Assembly (NCBI GenBank): GCA_046350795.1
Contig: JAXLZT010000001.1
Span: 181,780-245,779, forward strand
Origin: Minisyncoccota bacterium
Lineage (GTDB): Bacteria > Patescibacteriota > Minisyncoccia > Phycocordibacterales > CALRHW01
Direction: 5' to 3'
DNA length: 64,000 bases
Shown: one piece after another, positions 35,964 through 45,428 of the stretch
Numbering within the stretch: the first letter of the stretch is position 1
How the letters are laid out: every line of letters begins with the position of its first letter
Notes under the pieces: generated by a model
What the model saw: the letters and a program-made list of their open reading frames with translations, nothing else
What the model was told of the DNA's origin: nothing
The model's database searches: none
Program-made: the position numbers and the translations under genes

Positions 35964-37547
35964 AGAAAGAATTAAGTGAGCGAAAGCGGCATTTCGTGCC
36001 TCAGCTGTAAGGTATTTCTGTAGTTCCAACCGACAATATTCAGCTTCAAGCTCTGGATATGCTTTTTCTATTGGAACAAACCAATCGTTGGCTTTAATCC
36101 TCACTATTTGGTCCTTTATTGAAAAGTTCCAACCGAGTGCGGAGAAGATCTCTCGCTTCCTCTCCAAGGTCCCAGAATTAAAGTTTTCTCTGGCATAGCA
36201 GGCAAAGCTAAATGCCTTTTCGGTGAGCTCTAGCCACTTATCGGCTCGGTTCTCAGTGTTTCGGAGATTGCTCTTAAGCTTTGTTATTTTATCTTTCAAT
36301 CCATCACGCTCTTTTACGAAGGTCTCATCATCAATTAATTCTCGGTAACGCATCTTTGTAAGAGCATCAATTTCTTTTTGAGTTTCGGCGACTGCTTTAT
36401 GCTGTGTTTCGTAGACCTTGGTTCGGTCCTCAATCTCTTTATTATTTTCTCTATTCAAAATCTCAAGAGCCCAGTCTTTGAATTTGGGTAAGATGGTATA
36501 TCGTTCAAGTTCAATATCAACCTGGTCCTCTAACTGTTTAAGAGTAACAGGGCTTCTTTGAGTACACTTAGTGCCTTTCTTACGACGGGTACAGTTGTAG
36601 TAAACATATTTCTCAAAGGTGTTTGTTTTCTTAACAAACTTTATCTTTTCACTTGCGGTGTACATCGAACCACATTCTTCACAGTAAATAAGGCCGGTAT
36701 AAGCAAATTCATGGGTCTTTGCTCGAGGCTTACCATTACGACCCATAAGAGCCTGGACCCGATCATACTCCTCAAGGCTAATCATGGGCTTATGGTTGCC
36801 CTTATACAGCTTGCCGGACCACTCAAACATGCCGGTGTAGAAGATATTGGTGAACATCTTATAAATCACGCTGCTGGCGAGTTCACCGCCACCACCTCGT
36901 TTAGTTTTTGCAGTTCTAAAACCCCACTTATCATTCGCAATCTTTAAAATCTGTGGAGGAGTATAGTTGCCGGTAAGCATCATGTCCCATATCTTGCGGA
37001 CCAAATCAAAACGCTCTTTATCCTCGATAATTATATGCTCAAGTTTGTCATTTAAATATCCGATAGGAGCACGAGAGGGTAGCCAACCTCGATCAGCTTT
37101 CCCAACCATTCCACGCATACTGTTTTTCTTAAGATCAATGATGAATTGATTTGCCATTCCGCTTTCAACACTAAAAAGGAGAACGTTATCGTCAGGTAAG
37201 TACTGGCGATCAATCGTCTGAATACATTTTAAAACTCCTTGCTGCAACATCCAACCGAGAGCTCCGCTATCAACTGGGTTTCGAGAAAGTCGATTTAGTT
37301 GCCAACAAAGGATACCGTCAGCTTCGCCTCGCTGAATGCGTTTGAGCATGTCATCGAAGACTGGTCGGCAATAAGGCTTCTTGGCAGATTTAGCTTCTGT
37401 CAGAACTTCTTTAATAGTGATTCCTAGGCTGTTTGCCAGCTCCTTTAGGCGGTTCACTTGATCGTCGATAGACTGAACCTGCCTGTCCTCACTTTCAGAG
37501 GATTTTCTAGCGTATATGAAGAGTGTTCTTGGTGTAGTTTGGTTCAT
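35952..37547 (-). CDS. Large serine recombinase; stop codon lies within tRNA-His
   Basis: IYARKS catalytic Ser, NRLSRN, recombinase domain, CEECG...C...C zinc ribbon, coiled coil. Confidence 0.95.
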   Translation of the reverse strand: MNQTTPRTLFIYARKSSESEDRQVQSIDDQVNRLKELANSLGITIKEVLTEAKSAKKPYCRPVFDDMLKRIQRGEADGILCWQLNRLSRNPVDSGALGWMLQQGVLKCIQTIDRQYLPDDNVLLFSVESGMANQFIIDLKKNSMRGMVGKADRGWLPSRAPIGYLNDKLEHIIIEDKERFDLVRKIWDMMLTGNYTPPQILKIANDKWGFRTAKTKRGGGGELASSVIYKMFTNIFYTGMFEWSGKLYKGNHKPMISLEEYDRVQALMGRNGKPRAKTHEFAYTGLIYCEECGSMYTASEKIKFVKKTNTFEKYVYYNCTRRKKGTKCTQRSPVTLKQLEDQVDIELERYTILPKFKDWALEILNRENNKEIEDRTKVYETQHKAVAETQKEIDALTKMRYRELIDDETFVKERDGLKDKITKLKSNLRNTENRADKWLELTEKAFSFACYARENFNSGTLERKREIFSALGWNFSIKDQIVRIKANDWFVPIEKAYPELEAEYCRLELQKYLTAEARNAAFAHLILSWGG

Positions 37548-37553
37548 AGTAAT

Positions 37554-38537
37554 TTATCCGGCACTGCCTGCACTTATATCCTCATCCCTAATGTTATTTA
37601 AGTAAAGAGGATTTGTGAGTTCTTCCGCTTTATTCCGCTCTATTTCGTCTAACTCCGTTTTTTCACCGTTTTTTAACGGTTGGATGTTATCAGAATTGAT
37701 ATCATCTCCTGACCGTTTTTCCACCGCTATTTCGGACTCAATGTTATCAAAATTGATATCATTCGTTTCCCGTAATTTACCCGTATTTACGGGAATACTT
37801 GGACCCTGCATTTCACCTGCATAAGCAGGCTCATTTTTGTCCCTATTTGTCCCTAAATTTCCCTCATCCCGTCTCCAGGGTGGTACATACGGTTTATAGT
37901 TCATATTGCCGGAAGGGTTGGGAATAGCAAGCTTCTGCCTTTTACTGATACTCATCTGGTCAGCCAGGGACTTTATTCGGTTATTTAACTCTTTAGGAGA
38001 GTTATTATTTAGGTTAGTTAGAGTATCAATTTCACTACTTTTTACTGAATTATCATCGGGTTTGATATCATTATTTCTTGATTTTTGATATCTTCCTTTC
38101 CAATTTGATAGCTTAATGCGCGGCGAGTGTTCACCCAAAGATTTCCAGTATATTGAACTTTGGAATGCGTAAAGGTTGGACCGGCCAAAACCATGTTGAC
38201 CTCTTTGGACAATAATAATTCCATGGTCTTCAAGAATTTGAATGGCTTTGCTTATGCTGGTCGGATTTTTCTCGCCAGTAAATTTCAACAGACGTTTGAT
38301 GCTCGGAAAAGCTCCTTGAGTTTCAGTGTTGCAGTGTCTTAAGAGGACATTCAAAACGGCACCACATAGTCTTGGGAGCTTTGCTACATACCAACCATCA
38401 ACATACTCGTTATCTACAAAATAACGAGTTGGTTTATCTTTGGGGCGTAGCCGATCGAAGGGAATATCACGCAATAGGTTGGTTGCTCTCATTCTCTTGC
38501 GATCTTTCCATGAGTTGGGGTCTGGATTCCATTTCAT
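37554..38537 (-). CDS. Putative replication initiator with N-terminal HTH
   Basis: AFPSIKRL...SISKAIQILEDHGII...SNLY; repeat-rich 3' half. Confidence 0.65.
   Translation of the reverse strand: MKWNPDPNSWKDRKRMRATNLLRDIPFDRLRPKDKPTRYFVDNEYVDGWYVAKLPRLCGAVLNVLLRHCNTETQGAFPSIKRLLKFTGEKNPTSISKAIQILEDHGIIIVQRGQHGFGRSNLYAFQSSIYWKSLGEHSPRIKLSNWKGRYQKSRNNDIKPDDNSVKSSEIDTLTNLNNNSPKELNNRIKSLADQMSISKRQKLAIPNPSGNMNYKPYVPPWRRDEGNLGTNRDKNEPAYAGEMQGPSIPVNTGKLRETNDINFDNIESEIAVEKRSGDDINSDNIQPLKNGEKTELDEIERNKAEELTNPLYLNNIRDEDISAGSAG
37621..37870. repeat. Iteron-like and 10-bp phased repeats inside the rep-like gene
   Basis: atgttatca(g/a)aattgatatcat at 37684 and 37741; ccct at 37841/37851/37861; ttccg at 37623/37633. 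Confidence 0.6.
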
Positions 38538-38751
38538 CTTGGGTAATTCTTTTGATTAATAAAGGGAGGGTAGATTCTCGGTGCTTTTGAATCTTTTCAA
38601 ACTGCTCTTTGGTCATCGGCCGATAGACAGCAGACATAAGCCGCACAAGTTTGATACCTTGCTCATAGGCTTGTTCAGCACTTATTTCCTTACCGAATTC
38701 GCTTCGGTAGAGTGCCTGGAACTTTGCAATGTCTGTGTCGGTCAGGACCAT
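38467..38751 (-). CDS. Small hypothetical protein of the element
   Basis: MVLTDTDIAKFQALYRSEFGKEISAEQA; closely packed with neighbours. Confidence 0.7.
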   Translation of the reverse strand: MVLTDTDIAKFQALYRSEFGKEISAEQAYEQGIKLVRLMSAVYRPMTKEQFEKIQKHRESTLPLLIKRITQDEMESRPQLMERSQENESNQPIA

Positions 38752-38753
38752 GA

Positions 38754-39026
38754 CTATTCCGAGTAGAGTTTGTTCTTGAGGGCCTTGATACTGTCAAAGA
38801 ACGACCGAGCTTTGACTTTCAGTTGGTCTGAAAAATATTGATTGGCATAATTATCAATTTCTGCCTCTCGTTTGAATACGAAAAGAGCCTTGCGAGGATC
38901 GTCTCGGTCCAAGCGGATAAGCTTGTACCCAAGGCACATGAGTGCCGCCGATACTCCAAGGTCATAGGTTGTGAACACATCAGGTCCATCAGCTTCGGGC
39001 TGGGACCAACTCCGTTTTTTAATCAT
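38754..39026 (-). CDS. DUF5659-like protein
   Basis: TYDLGVSAALMCLGYKL...FVF motif. Confidence 0.7.
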   Translation of the reverse strand: MIKKRSWSQPEADGPDVFTTYDLGVSAALMCLGYKLIRLDRDDPRKALFVFKREAEIDNYANQYFSDQLKVKARSFFDSIKALKNKLYSE

Positions 39027-39152
39027 GAGTAATATTGTTAGTTATTAATTAATGCTCTAAACAAAAAAGCCAAAGCATTACGCTCTGACTTTATTCGTCC
39101 GAAGGAGAAAGGTGGACGGAATGATTATGGGTTTAGTGTGGGTTCAATGTGA

Positions 39153-39743
39153 TCAGGTAATCAGCTTGTAGCCCAAGCCTTTAATATTCTTGATGATGTC
39201 CTTATTTTTAGCTTTCTTGGCTGGAAGGATACCAAGTACCTCTTTAATATTTCTGATTACAAAAGTGAGGTTACGTTTAGTCGTTTTAGATACAGATTCT
39301 CCAAGGATGTCAGTGTAGGTAACCTGATGGTTCTTGGCAGTGGCGAGCTTGAGAAGGGTCTCGAACTCCTGACTCTTTGGGTTAAAGATAGCCTCAACCT
39401 CATTCAAGCGGACTGCAGCAGTGACTTTGTCGATGGAGAGGGTATTGGTCCCAATTTCGATTGTGATGACATCGGTATCAGTCTTATTTTCATTTAAATA
39501 ATTGGCAAAGGTGCTTATAACCCAGAAACTAACCGCTTTACCAATAATGTTTAGATCACCGATAAGGCCTTCTTGCTCGAGTTTTTTCAAAATAAGAATC
39601 TGTTCTTTTACTGTGAGAGAAGGTTGATCATTGAGCTGTAACTTCAAAATGCCAGCAGGACTTATCAGAGCTCTTTCGTGGATTAAAACCTTGATGAATT
39701 GTATCTTCTGGACCGGCGTCATTGTAATAGTAATTTGATACAA
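39153..39743 (-). CDS. Putative transcriptional regulator with OmpR-like winged-helix C-terminus
   Basis: QEFETLLKL...IRNIKEVL...IKNIKGLGYKL. Confidence 0.65.
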   Translation of the reverse strand: MYQITITMTPVQKIQFIKVLIHERALISPAGILKLQLNDQPSLTVKEQILILKKLEQEGLIGDLNIIGKAVSFWVISTFANYLNENKTDTDVITIEIGTNTLSIDKVTAAVRLNEVEAIFNPKSQEFETLLKLATAKNHQVTYTDILGESVSKTTKRNLTFVIRNIKEVLGILPAKKAKNKDIIKNIKGLGYKLIT

Positions 39744-39787
39744 ATCTACAACGAATTTGGCTTTTCTCCAATAGCGTGTTTACTGGT

Positions 39788-39817
39788 TTGACAGTCTATA
39801 CCCCTAGGGGGTATTAT
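39788..39817 (+). promoter_or_regulatory. Promoter with CsoR-type operator
   Basis: TTGACA and TATTAT flanking the palindrome ATACCCC-TAG-GGGGTAT (39798-39814). Confidence 0.85.
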
Positions 39818-39825
39818 GTATGTAT

Positions 39826-40092
39826 ATGAGACAAGATATCAAAACAAAAGCTATTCGTCGATTAAAAATTGTTGAGGGACAGATTAGGGGCCTGCAGAAA
39901 ATGGTTGAGGATGAGAAGTATTGTATCGACATTATTACTCAAGCTTCGGCTATTAAAGAGGCACTTACTGGAATTGAGGGCCTAGTTCTTGAAAATCATC
40001 TTTCTACGCATGTTGTTCACCAAATGAAGCATGGTAGCGAAAAGAAAGCTGTCGATGAGATTCTTAAGGTTTATAAGCTCAAGCGCAAATAA
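39826..40092 (+). CDS. csoR: CsoR-family metal-sensing repressor
   Basis: RRLKIVEGQIRGLQKMVE...YCIDII.Q, LENHL.TH. Confidence 0.92.
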   Translation: MRQDIKTKAIRRLKIVEGQIRGLQKMVEDEKYCIDIITQASAIKEALTGIEGLVLENHLSTHVVHQMKHGSEKKAVDEILKVYKLKRK

Positions 40093-40096
40093 AAAT

Positions 40097-42424
40097 ATGA
40101 ATCATCCCATTAAAACATATAGAGTAAAAGGAATGCATTGCGCTTCTTGCGCTGGCATTATTGAGAAGACCTTCAAGAAGACTGAGGGAGTCCATTCTGC
40201 TGAAGTAAATTATGGGACCGAAAAAGCGAAGGTTGTCTTTGATGAATCAAAAACAAGTGCGCAGGAGCTTTCAAAGAAAATAGAGCCACTTGGCTACTCC
40301 TTGGCTCTGGACCAAGAAATGTCACATGACCATGGTAGTCAATCAGCAGAAGCGATGGGTATGTCGGCAGATGAACATGCGGCACATCTGGGACTCAATC
40401 AGTCCAAGAAAGAGAAGCTTGCTGAAGTTGCTGATATGCGAACAAAATTATTCTCTGCCATTCCTCTCGCAATTTTCGCAGCACTCGTTATGGGATGGGA
40501 TATTCTCGCTCAATACAAGGCGGTTCCTGAAATGAGCTATACGATCAAAGAATTTATCCACCATCTTCTTCCGATACTAGCTACATATATCCTGTTTGTT
40601 GTCGGTAAACCATACCTCATGGGTTTTTATCGATTCCTTAGATACGGCAAGGCAAACATGGATACGCTGATCGGTATTGGAACCACTGCCGCATTTTTAT
40701 ATAGCTTTGCTGTCACTGCTTTTGAAGAAGCTCTACGTCCATTTATAAACGTGGACTACCAATACTATGATGTCACGATTGTGGTTATTACTTTTATAGC
40801 CCTTGGCAAATATCTTGAAGCTCGATCGAAAATTAAGACGGGTGATGCCATAGAAAAACTCCTCAATCTTCAAGCTAAAACAGCTTTGGTCATTCGTGAT
40901 GGAAAGGAAGTAGAAATTTCAGTGAATGAGGTGAAGCACGGCGACCTTATTATCGTTAAGCCAGGCGCAAAGATTCCTGTAGACGGTGTTATTACTGAAG
41001 GTTCCTCATTTATCGATGAGTCCATGGTTACCGGAGAGCCGATGCCTGCTCAGAAGAAAATCGGAGACAGTGTCGTATCCGGAACCATAAACACAAGCGG
41101 TTCATTTACTTTCAAGGCCACCAAGGTTGGGTCCGAAACGCTTCTTGCTCAGATCATCAAGATGGTTGAAGACGCTCAAGGCAGCAAGGCCCCGATTCAG
41201 GCACTAGCAGATAAGATATCAGCAGTCTTCGTGCCTATAGTTTTAGTAATTGCATTTCTCACTCTTGGCGCATGGCTTATCTTTGGCTCACAGTACCTAG
41301 GATTCTCCCAAGCTCTCTCATTCGGTCTGGTTTCATTTGTCGGTATTCTCGTGATCGCATGTCCCTGTGCTCTTGGTCTTGCAACACCTACGGCCATTAT
41401 CGTAGGAGTCGGTAAGGGGGCTAAGGAAGGCATACTTATCAAAGATGCGGCAACTCTGGAGAAGCTCCATAAAGTAAATACTGTTGTTGTTGATAAAACA
41501 GGGACCATCACCAAAGGAAAACCAACTCTTGTTGATATACAAAATCTTTCTGATTTAAAAGATGAGGAATTGGTATCAATTCTTGCTTCACTTGAGAAAA
41601 AATCAGAACATCCAATTGCTCATGCAATTGTAAATTACGCACAAGAGAAAAACATTTCCACATCAGATATTTCAAATTTTGAGGGAATACAAGGCAAAGG
41701 TCTAAAGGGAATAGTGAAAGGTACTGAATACTTTGTCGGCAACGCTAAGCTCGTTAGTGATCTTAAGGTTTCCTTTGACGCAACAAAACTTAATGAATTT
41801 ACTTCCCAAGGTAAAACACCAGTTATCCTTGCTACTAAAGAAAAGGTCCTCGGCTTTGTCATGGTGGCTGATGAAATTAAAGCAGAGTCGGTCGAGGCAG
41901 TAAAAAATCTTCATGCCCTGGGTATAAAAGTGGTTATGCTCACTGGTGATGATGAAAAGGCTGCCAAGTACATTGCCTCTCTTGTGGGAATTGATGATGT
42001 TGTCGCCCACGTTCTGCCACAGGATAAGCTCGAAAAAATAAAAGAGCTACAGTCACAAGGTCGAGTGGTTGCCATGGCAGGTGATGGCGTGAACGACGCT
42101 CCAGCGCTTGCTCAAGCGGATGTAGGTATTGCCATGGGGACTGGAACAGATGTGGCGATTGAGTCGGCTGGTATAACACTTCTCGGCGGAGATATCTCTA
42201 AGCTCGTAAAAGCTATCAAGCTCTCGAAGATCACTATGCGTGGGATTAAGCAGAATCTATTCTGGGCGTTTATCTATAACATCGTTGGTATACCGCTTGC
42301 AGCAGGAGCCCTATATCCAGTCTTCGGTTGGCTTTTAAATCCCGTCTTTGCTGGATTTGCCATGGCCATGTCTTCGGTATCGGTTGTATCAAATTCACTT
42401 CGCATTAAAGCCAAAAAACTATAA
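40097..42424 (+). CDS. copA: Cu(I)-translocating P1B-type ATPase
   Basis: GMHCASC, TGE, CPCALGLA, DKTGT, HP, GDGVNDAP, YN, MAMSS. Confidence 0.96.
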   Translation: MNHPIKTYRVKGMHCASCAGIIEKTFKKTEGVHSAEVNYGTEKAKVVFDESKTSAQELSKKIEPLGYSLALDQEMSHDHGSQSAEAMGMSADEHAAHLGLNQSKKEKLAEVADMRTKLFSAIPLAIFAALVMGWDILAQYKAVPEMSYTIKEFIHHLLPILATYILFVVGKPYLMGFYRFLRYGKANMDTLIGIGTTAAFLYSFAVTAFEEALRPFINVDYQYYDVTIVVITFIALGKYLEARSKIKTGDAIEKLLNLQAKTALVIRDGKEVEISVNEVKHGDLIIVKPGAKIPVDGVITEGSSFIDESMVTGEPMPAQKKIGDSVVSGTINTSGSFTFKATKVGSETLLAQIIKMVEDAQGSKAPIQALADKISAVFVPIVLVIAFLTLGAWLIFGSQYLGFSQALSFGLVSFVGILVIACPCALGLATPTAIIVGVGKGAKEGILIKDAATLEKLHKVNTVVVDKTGTITKGKPTLVDIQNLSDLKDEELVSILASLEKKSEHPIAHAIVNYAQEKNISTSDISNFEGIQGKGLKGIVKGTEYFVGNAKLVSDLKVSFDATKLNEFTSQGKTPVILATKEKVLGFVMVADEIKAESVEAVKNLHALGIKVVMLTGDDEKAAKYIASLVGIDDVVAHVLPQDKLEKIKELQSQGRVVAMAGDGVNDAPALAQADVGIAMGTGTDVAIESAGITLLGGDISKLVKAIKLSKITMRGIKQNLFWAFIYNIVGIPLAAGALYPVFGWLLNPVFAGFAMAMSSVSVVSNSLRIKAKKL

Positions 42425-43041
42425 TGAAAAAACTCCTCTCATTACTAATAATCACAAGTGTCCTAGTAATAGGGGTGTTTGGTTTTACCTCGATGAATCA
42501 TGGGACCAATCACACTACCGGTTGTATCGCCTCAGCCGTAGACAATACGCCATGTCCGGAAAACATCGCAGCAATGTCGGTCCACCATATACAGGCATTC
42601 GTTTCATTCTTCAGCGTGATCCCGTCAATTCCGTTTATCTTTCTGCTCGCATTTCTTTTGGCAGTATTTCTCAGCATAGGATTCGTTTATATAAAACGAC
42701 AGGATTCGCTCTTAGCTAATCTTGCATTTTGGCGAATTCAGCACGATCCTGAACGTGCTCTCACTCGCCCAAGGGAAATTACTCGCTGGCTTTCTCTATT
42801 TGAAAACAGTCCTTCGATGCATAGAATTTTCATTATCAATTCTAATCTCATAAATCTATGCAAACAAAAAAGTCTAAGGAAAATAAAAAACATAAAACTA
42901 TCGATCAAGAAGTGGCATTCGATCTTGTCTGCGGAATGGAGCTTGATGCAGACGGTATTAAGGCAACTGCAGACTACAAAGGTAAGACCTATTACTTTTG
43001 TGCTATCCACTGCAAGAATCACTTTACAGCCGATCCTGTGA
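42424..43041 (+). CDS. Hypothetical membrane protein with His/Cys cluster (3' extent uncertain)
   Basis: Signal/TM, HGTNH..GC...CP...HH, second TM; overlaps the YHS ORF. Confidence 0.55.
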   Translation: MKKLLSLLIITSVLVIGVFGFTSMNHGTNHTTGCIASAVDNTPCPENIAAMSVHHIQAFVSFFSVIPSIPFIFLLAFLLAVFLSIGFVYIKRQDSLLANLAFWRIQHDPERALTRPREITRWLSLFENSPSMHRIFIINSNLINLCKQKSLRKIKNIKLSIKKWHSILSAEWSLMQTVLRQLQTTKVRPITFVLSTARITLQPIL

Positions 43042-43058
43042 AGTATGCCGGAGAGTAA
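42858..43058 (+). CDS. YHS-domain protein
   Basis: DLVCGM...YKGKTYYFC..HCK..F..DP.KY. Confidence 0.88.
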   Translation: MQTKKSKENKKHKTIDQEVAFDLVCGMELDADGIKATADYKGKTYYFCAIHCKNHFTADPVKYAGE

Positions 43059-43081
43059 CTCATTAATCTAACTACAAAAAT

Positions 43082-43723
43082 ATGAACAACCAAAACAACA
43101 AAATATTATACGGAATCGGCGGAATTGTTATCGGAATTCTTCTTGTCTCAGTGCTCACTCCAATGTTTCGATATGGTGGATACGGAATGATGAGCTGGAG
43201 AAGTAACTCCGTATCGGACCAAAGAGTGAGTGGAAACACTCAGGTGGCCGGTACAATCGACAAGCACTTCATCGAGCAGATGATCCCTCACCATGATGGA
43301 GCTATCGCTATGGCAAACCTCGCCCTCCAAAAGGCTAAGCGTCCCGAGATTAAAACCTTGGCTACAGCTATTATTGCAGCTCAGACAGCGGAGATTCAAA
43401 GCATGAACGGCTGGTATCAGGACTGGTTCAGAAGTACTGTTCCGAAGGTAAGTACCGGAATGATGGGTGGAGGCATGATGTCACAGAGCGGAATGCACAT
43501 GGGCGGACAGGAAGATATGACTGCACTAGAAAATGCATCTGATTTTGACAAAGCCTTTATCGAAGAAATGATCCCACATCACCAGTTGGCGATCATGATG
43601 ACAAATATGCTTCAGTCAGGGACCAACCGACCTGAGATGCAGCAGCTCGCAAAGAACATCATCTCATCTCAATCAAAAGAAATTCAGCAAATGCAGGCTT
43701 GGTATACCCAGTGGTACAAATAA
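43082..43723 (+). CDS. DUF305 (CopM-like) metal-binding protein
   Basis: Two FIE.MIPHH..AI.M repeats; Met/Gly-rich linker. Confidence 0.9.
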   Translation: MNNQNNKILYGIGGIVIGILLVSVLTPMFRYGGYGMMSWRSNSVSDQRVSGNTQVAGTIDKHFIEQMIPHHDGAIAMANLALQKAKRPEIKTLATAIIAAQTAEIQSMNGWYQDWFRSTVPKVSTGMMGGGMMSQSGMHMGGQEDMTALENASDFDKAFIEEMIPHHQLAIMMTNMLQSGTNRPEMQQLAKNIISSQSKEIQQMQAWYTQWYK

Positions 43724-43755
43724 ACTTATTAAAAAATAATTAAACATAAAAATAT

Positions 43756-43977
43756 ATGAAAATATCAAAAGTAATGCATGTAGGAAGTGTTATCACAGGT
43801 TTTGTTGGAGTAATAGTATTTATAGGAACACTCATCGGCGGTGGCGACAATCTAGTGTTTGGAATTACAAAAATGGATGCATTAGCGTGTTCTGCGATTC
43901 TTATCCTTATCGCCACATGGCTTCAGATCGCAACCATCCATCACATGATGCTTGAGAAAAAGGGAGAGATTGTGTAA
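43756..43977 (+). CDS. Small membrane protein
   Basis: Two hydrophobic segments, C-terminal HHMM. Confidence 0.7.
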   Translation: MKISKVMHVGSVITGFVGVIVFIGTLIGGGDNLVFGITKMDALACSAILILIATWLQIATIHHMMLEKKGEIV

Positions 43978-43998
43978 TTAAGAGAAATATTATCAATC

Positions 43999-45018
43999 AT
44001 GAAAACACTAACCTTCCACGTACATGGCATGCACTGCAACGCTTGTGTGCTCATGACAGAAAGCGAGCTTGGAGACTTGCCCAATATCACTCACGTTAAA
44101 TCGAGCCTTAAGAATCATTCAGTAGAAGTTACCGGAGACTTTGGAAATAAGACACAGGAACAAATTGCTGAAGAACTTACTGTTCCACTGAAGCCTCATG
44201 GCTACACAGTCTCAGTAGAAAAACAACAGCACAATGCTAAATGGGGAGACTTCAAGATTGCAGTACCTATAGCACTCGGCTTTGCGGTGCTCTTTGTGGT
44301 GCTACAGAAAATGGGAATAGTAAATCTTGTTAGCGCTGGCAACGTAACCTACGGCACAGCATTCGTAATCGGTATCATCGCTTCGCTTTCAACTTGTATG
44401 GCAGTCGTTGGGGGACTGGTTCTCTCGATGTCAGCCACATTCGCTAAAGAAGGAGATAAGGTTCGGCCCCAGCTCATGTTCCATGGAGGTCGAATTGTCT
44501 CATTCTTTATTCTCGGTGGAGTAATCGGTGCGATTGGATCAGCGTTCACGCTCAACACCTCGGCAACATTTATCCTAAGCCTGATTATCGGTATCGTCAT
44601 GCTTATTCTCGGTATCAATCTTCTCGATACATTCCACTGGGCCAAGAAACTTCAGCCGTCCATGCCGAAGTTCATTGCCAAGCATGCGCATGGCGTTTCT
44701 AAATTCAATCACACGCTCACTCCGCTCCTTGTAGGGGTCGCAACATTCTTCTTGCCGTGCGGGTTCACTCAATCGATGCAACTCTATACATTGACCACAG
44801 GAAGTTTCCTAACTGGAGGACTCACCATGCTGGCTTTTGCACTGGGTACACTGCCGGTCCTTGCGCTCATTAGCTTCAGCTCATTCAGCATTCAAAAAAG
44901 TTCAAAGGCAGGAGTCTTCTTCAAGACAGCCGGATTGATAGTCATCATGTTCGCACTCTTTAATCTTATTAATAGCTTGGTCGTGATTGGGGTTATACCA
45001 CCAGTCTTTAATTTCTAG
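43999..45018 (+). CDS. HMA domain + DsbD_2/TauE-like membrane protein
   Basis: GMHCNAC; STCMAVVGG, FHGGR, LPCGFTQ, FALGTLP. Confidence 0.88.
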   Translation: MKTLTFHVHGMHCNACVLMTESELGDLPNITHVKSSLKNHSVEVTGDFGNKTQEQIAEELTVPLKPHGYTVSVEKQQHNAKWGDFKIAVPIALGFAVLFVVLQKMGIVNLVSAGNVTYGTAFVIGIIASLSTCMAVVGGLVLSMSATFAKEGDKVRPQLMFHGGRIVSFFILGGVIGAIGSAFTLNTSATFILSLIIGIVMLILGINLLDTFHWAKKLQPSMPKFIAKHAHGVSKFNHTLTPLLVGVATFFLPCGFTQSMQLYTLTTGSFLTGGLTMLAFALGTLPVLALISFSSFSIQKSSKAGVFFKTAGLIVIMFALFNLINSLVVIGVIPPVFNF

Positions 45019-45031
45019 TATAATCTCAATT

Positions 45032-45421
45032 ATGAAAGCAACTATTATTTCAGTTATCGTGGCAGTGGTCCTAATCGGGGGAGCTTTTATGCTCACTAAA
45101 AGTGGTGGTAATACCGGACAGGTGGCGAACGCAAACAATGTTACCGTCGTTGACGGAAAACAAATCATTGAAATAAGTGCTAAAGGCGGATATCAACCCC
45201 GAAAAAGTATTGCTAAGGCAGGCATACCAACCATCATCCGATTTAACACAAAGGGAACCTTCGATTGTTCATCCTCGATTCGTATTCCAAGTCTCGGTAT
45301 AAGCAAATCACTTCCACAAACGGGATCAACCGATATTGATATTGGAACTCAGAAAGTAGCAACCCTTCAAGGAACTTGCGGAATGGGAATGTATCCTTTT
45401 GAGGTAGAGTTTCAGGGCTAG
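45032..45421 (+). CDS. Cupredoxin-domain protein
   Basis: GGYQP, DCS, CGMGMY. Confidence 0.85.
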   Translation: MKATIISVIVAVVLIGGAFMLTKSGGNTGQVANANNVTVVDGKQIIEISAKGGYQPRKSIAKAGIPTIIRFNTKGTFDCSSSIRIPSLGISKSLPQTGSTDIDIGTQKVATLQGTCGMGMYPFEVEFQG

Positions 45422-45428
45422 TTTTTGA

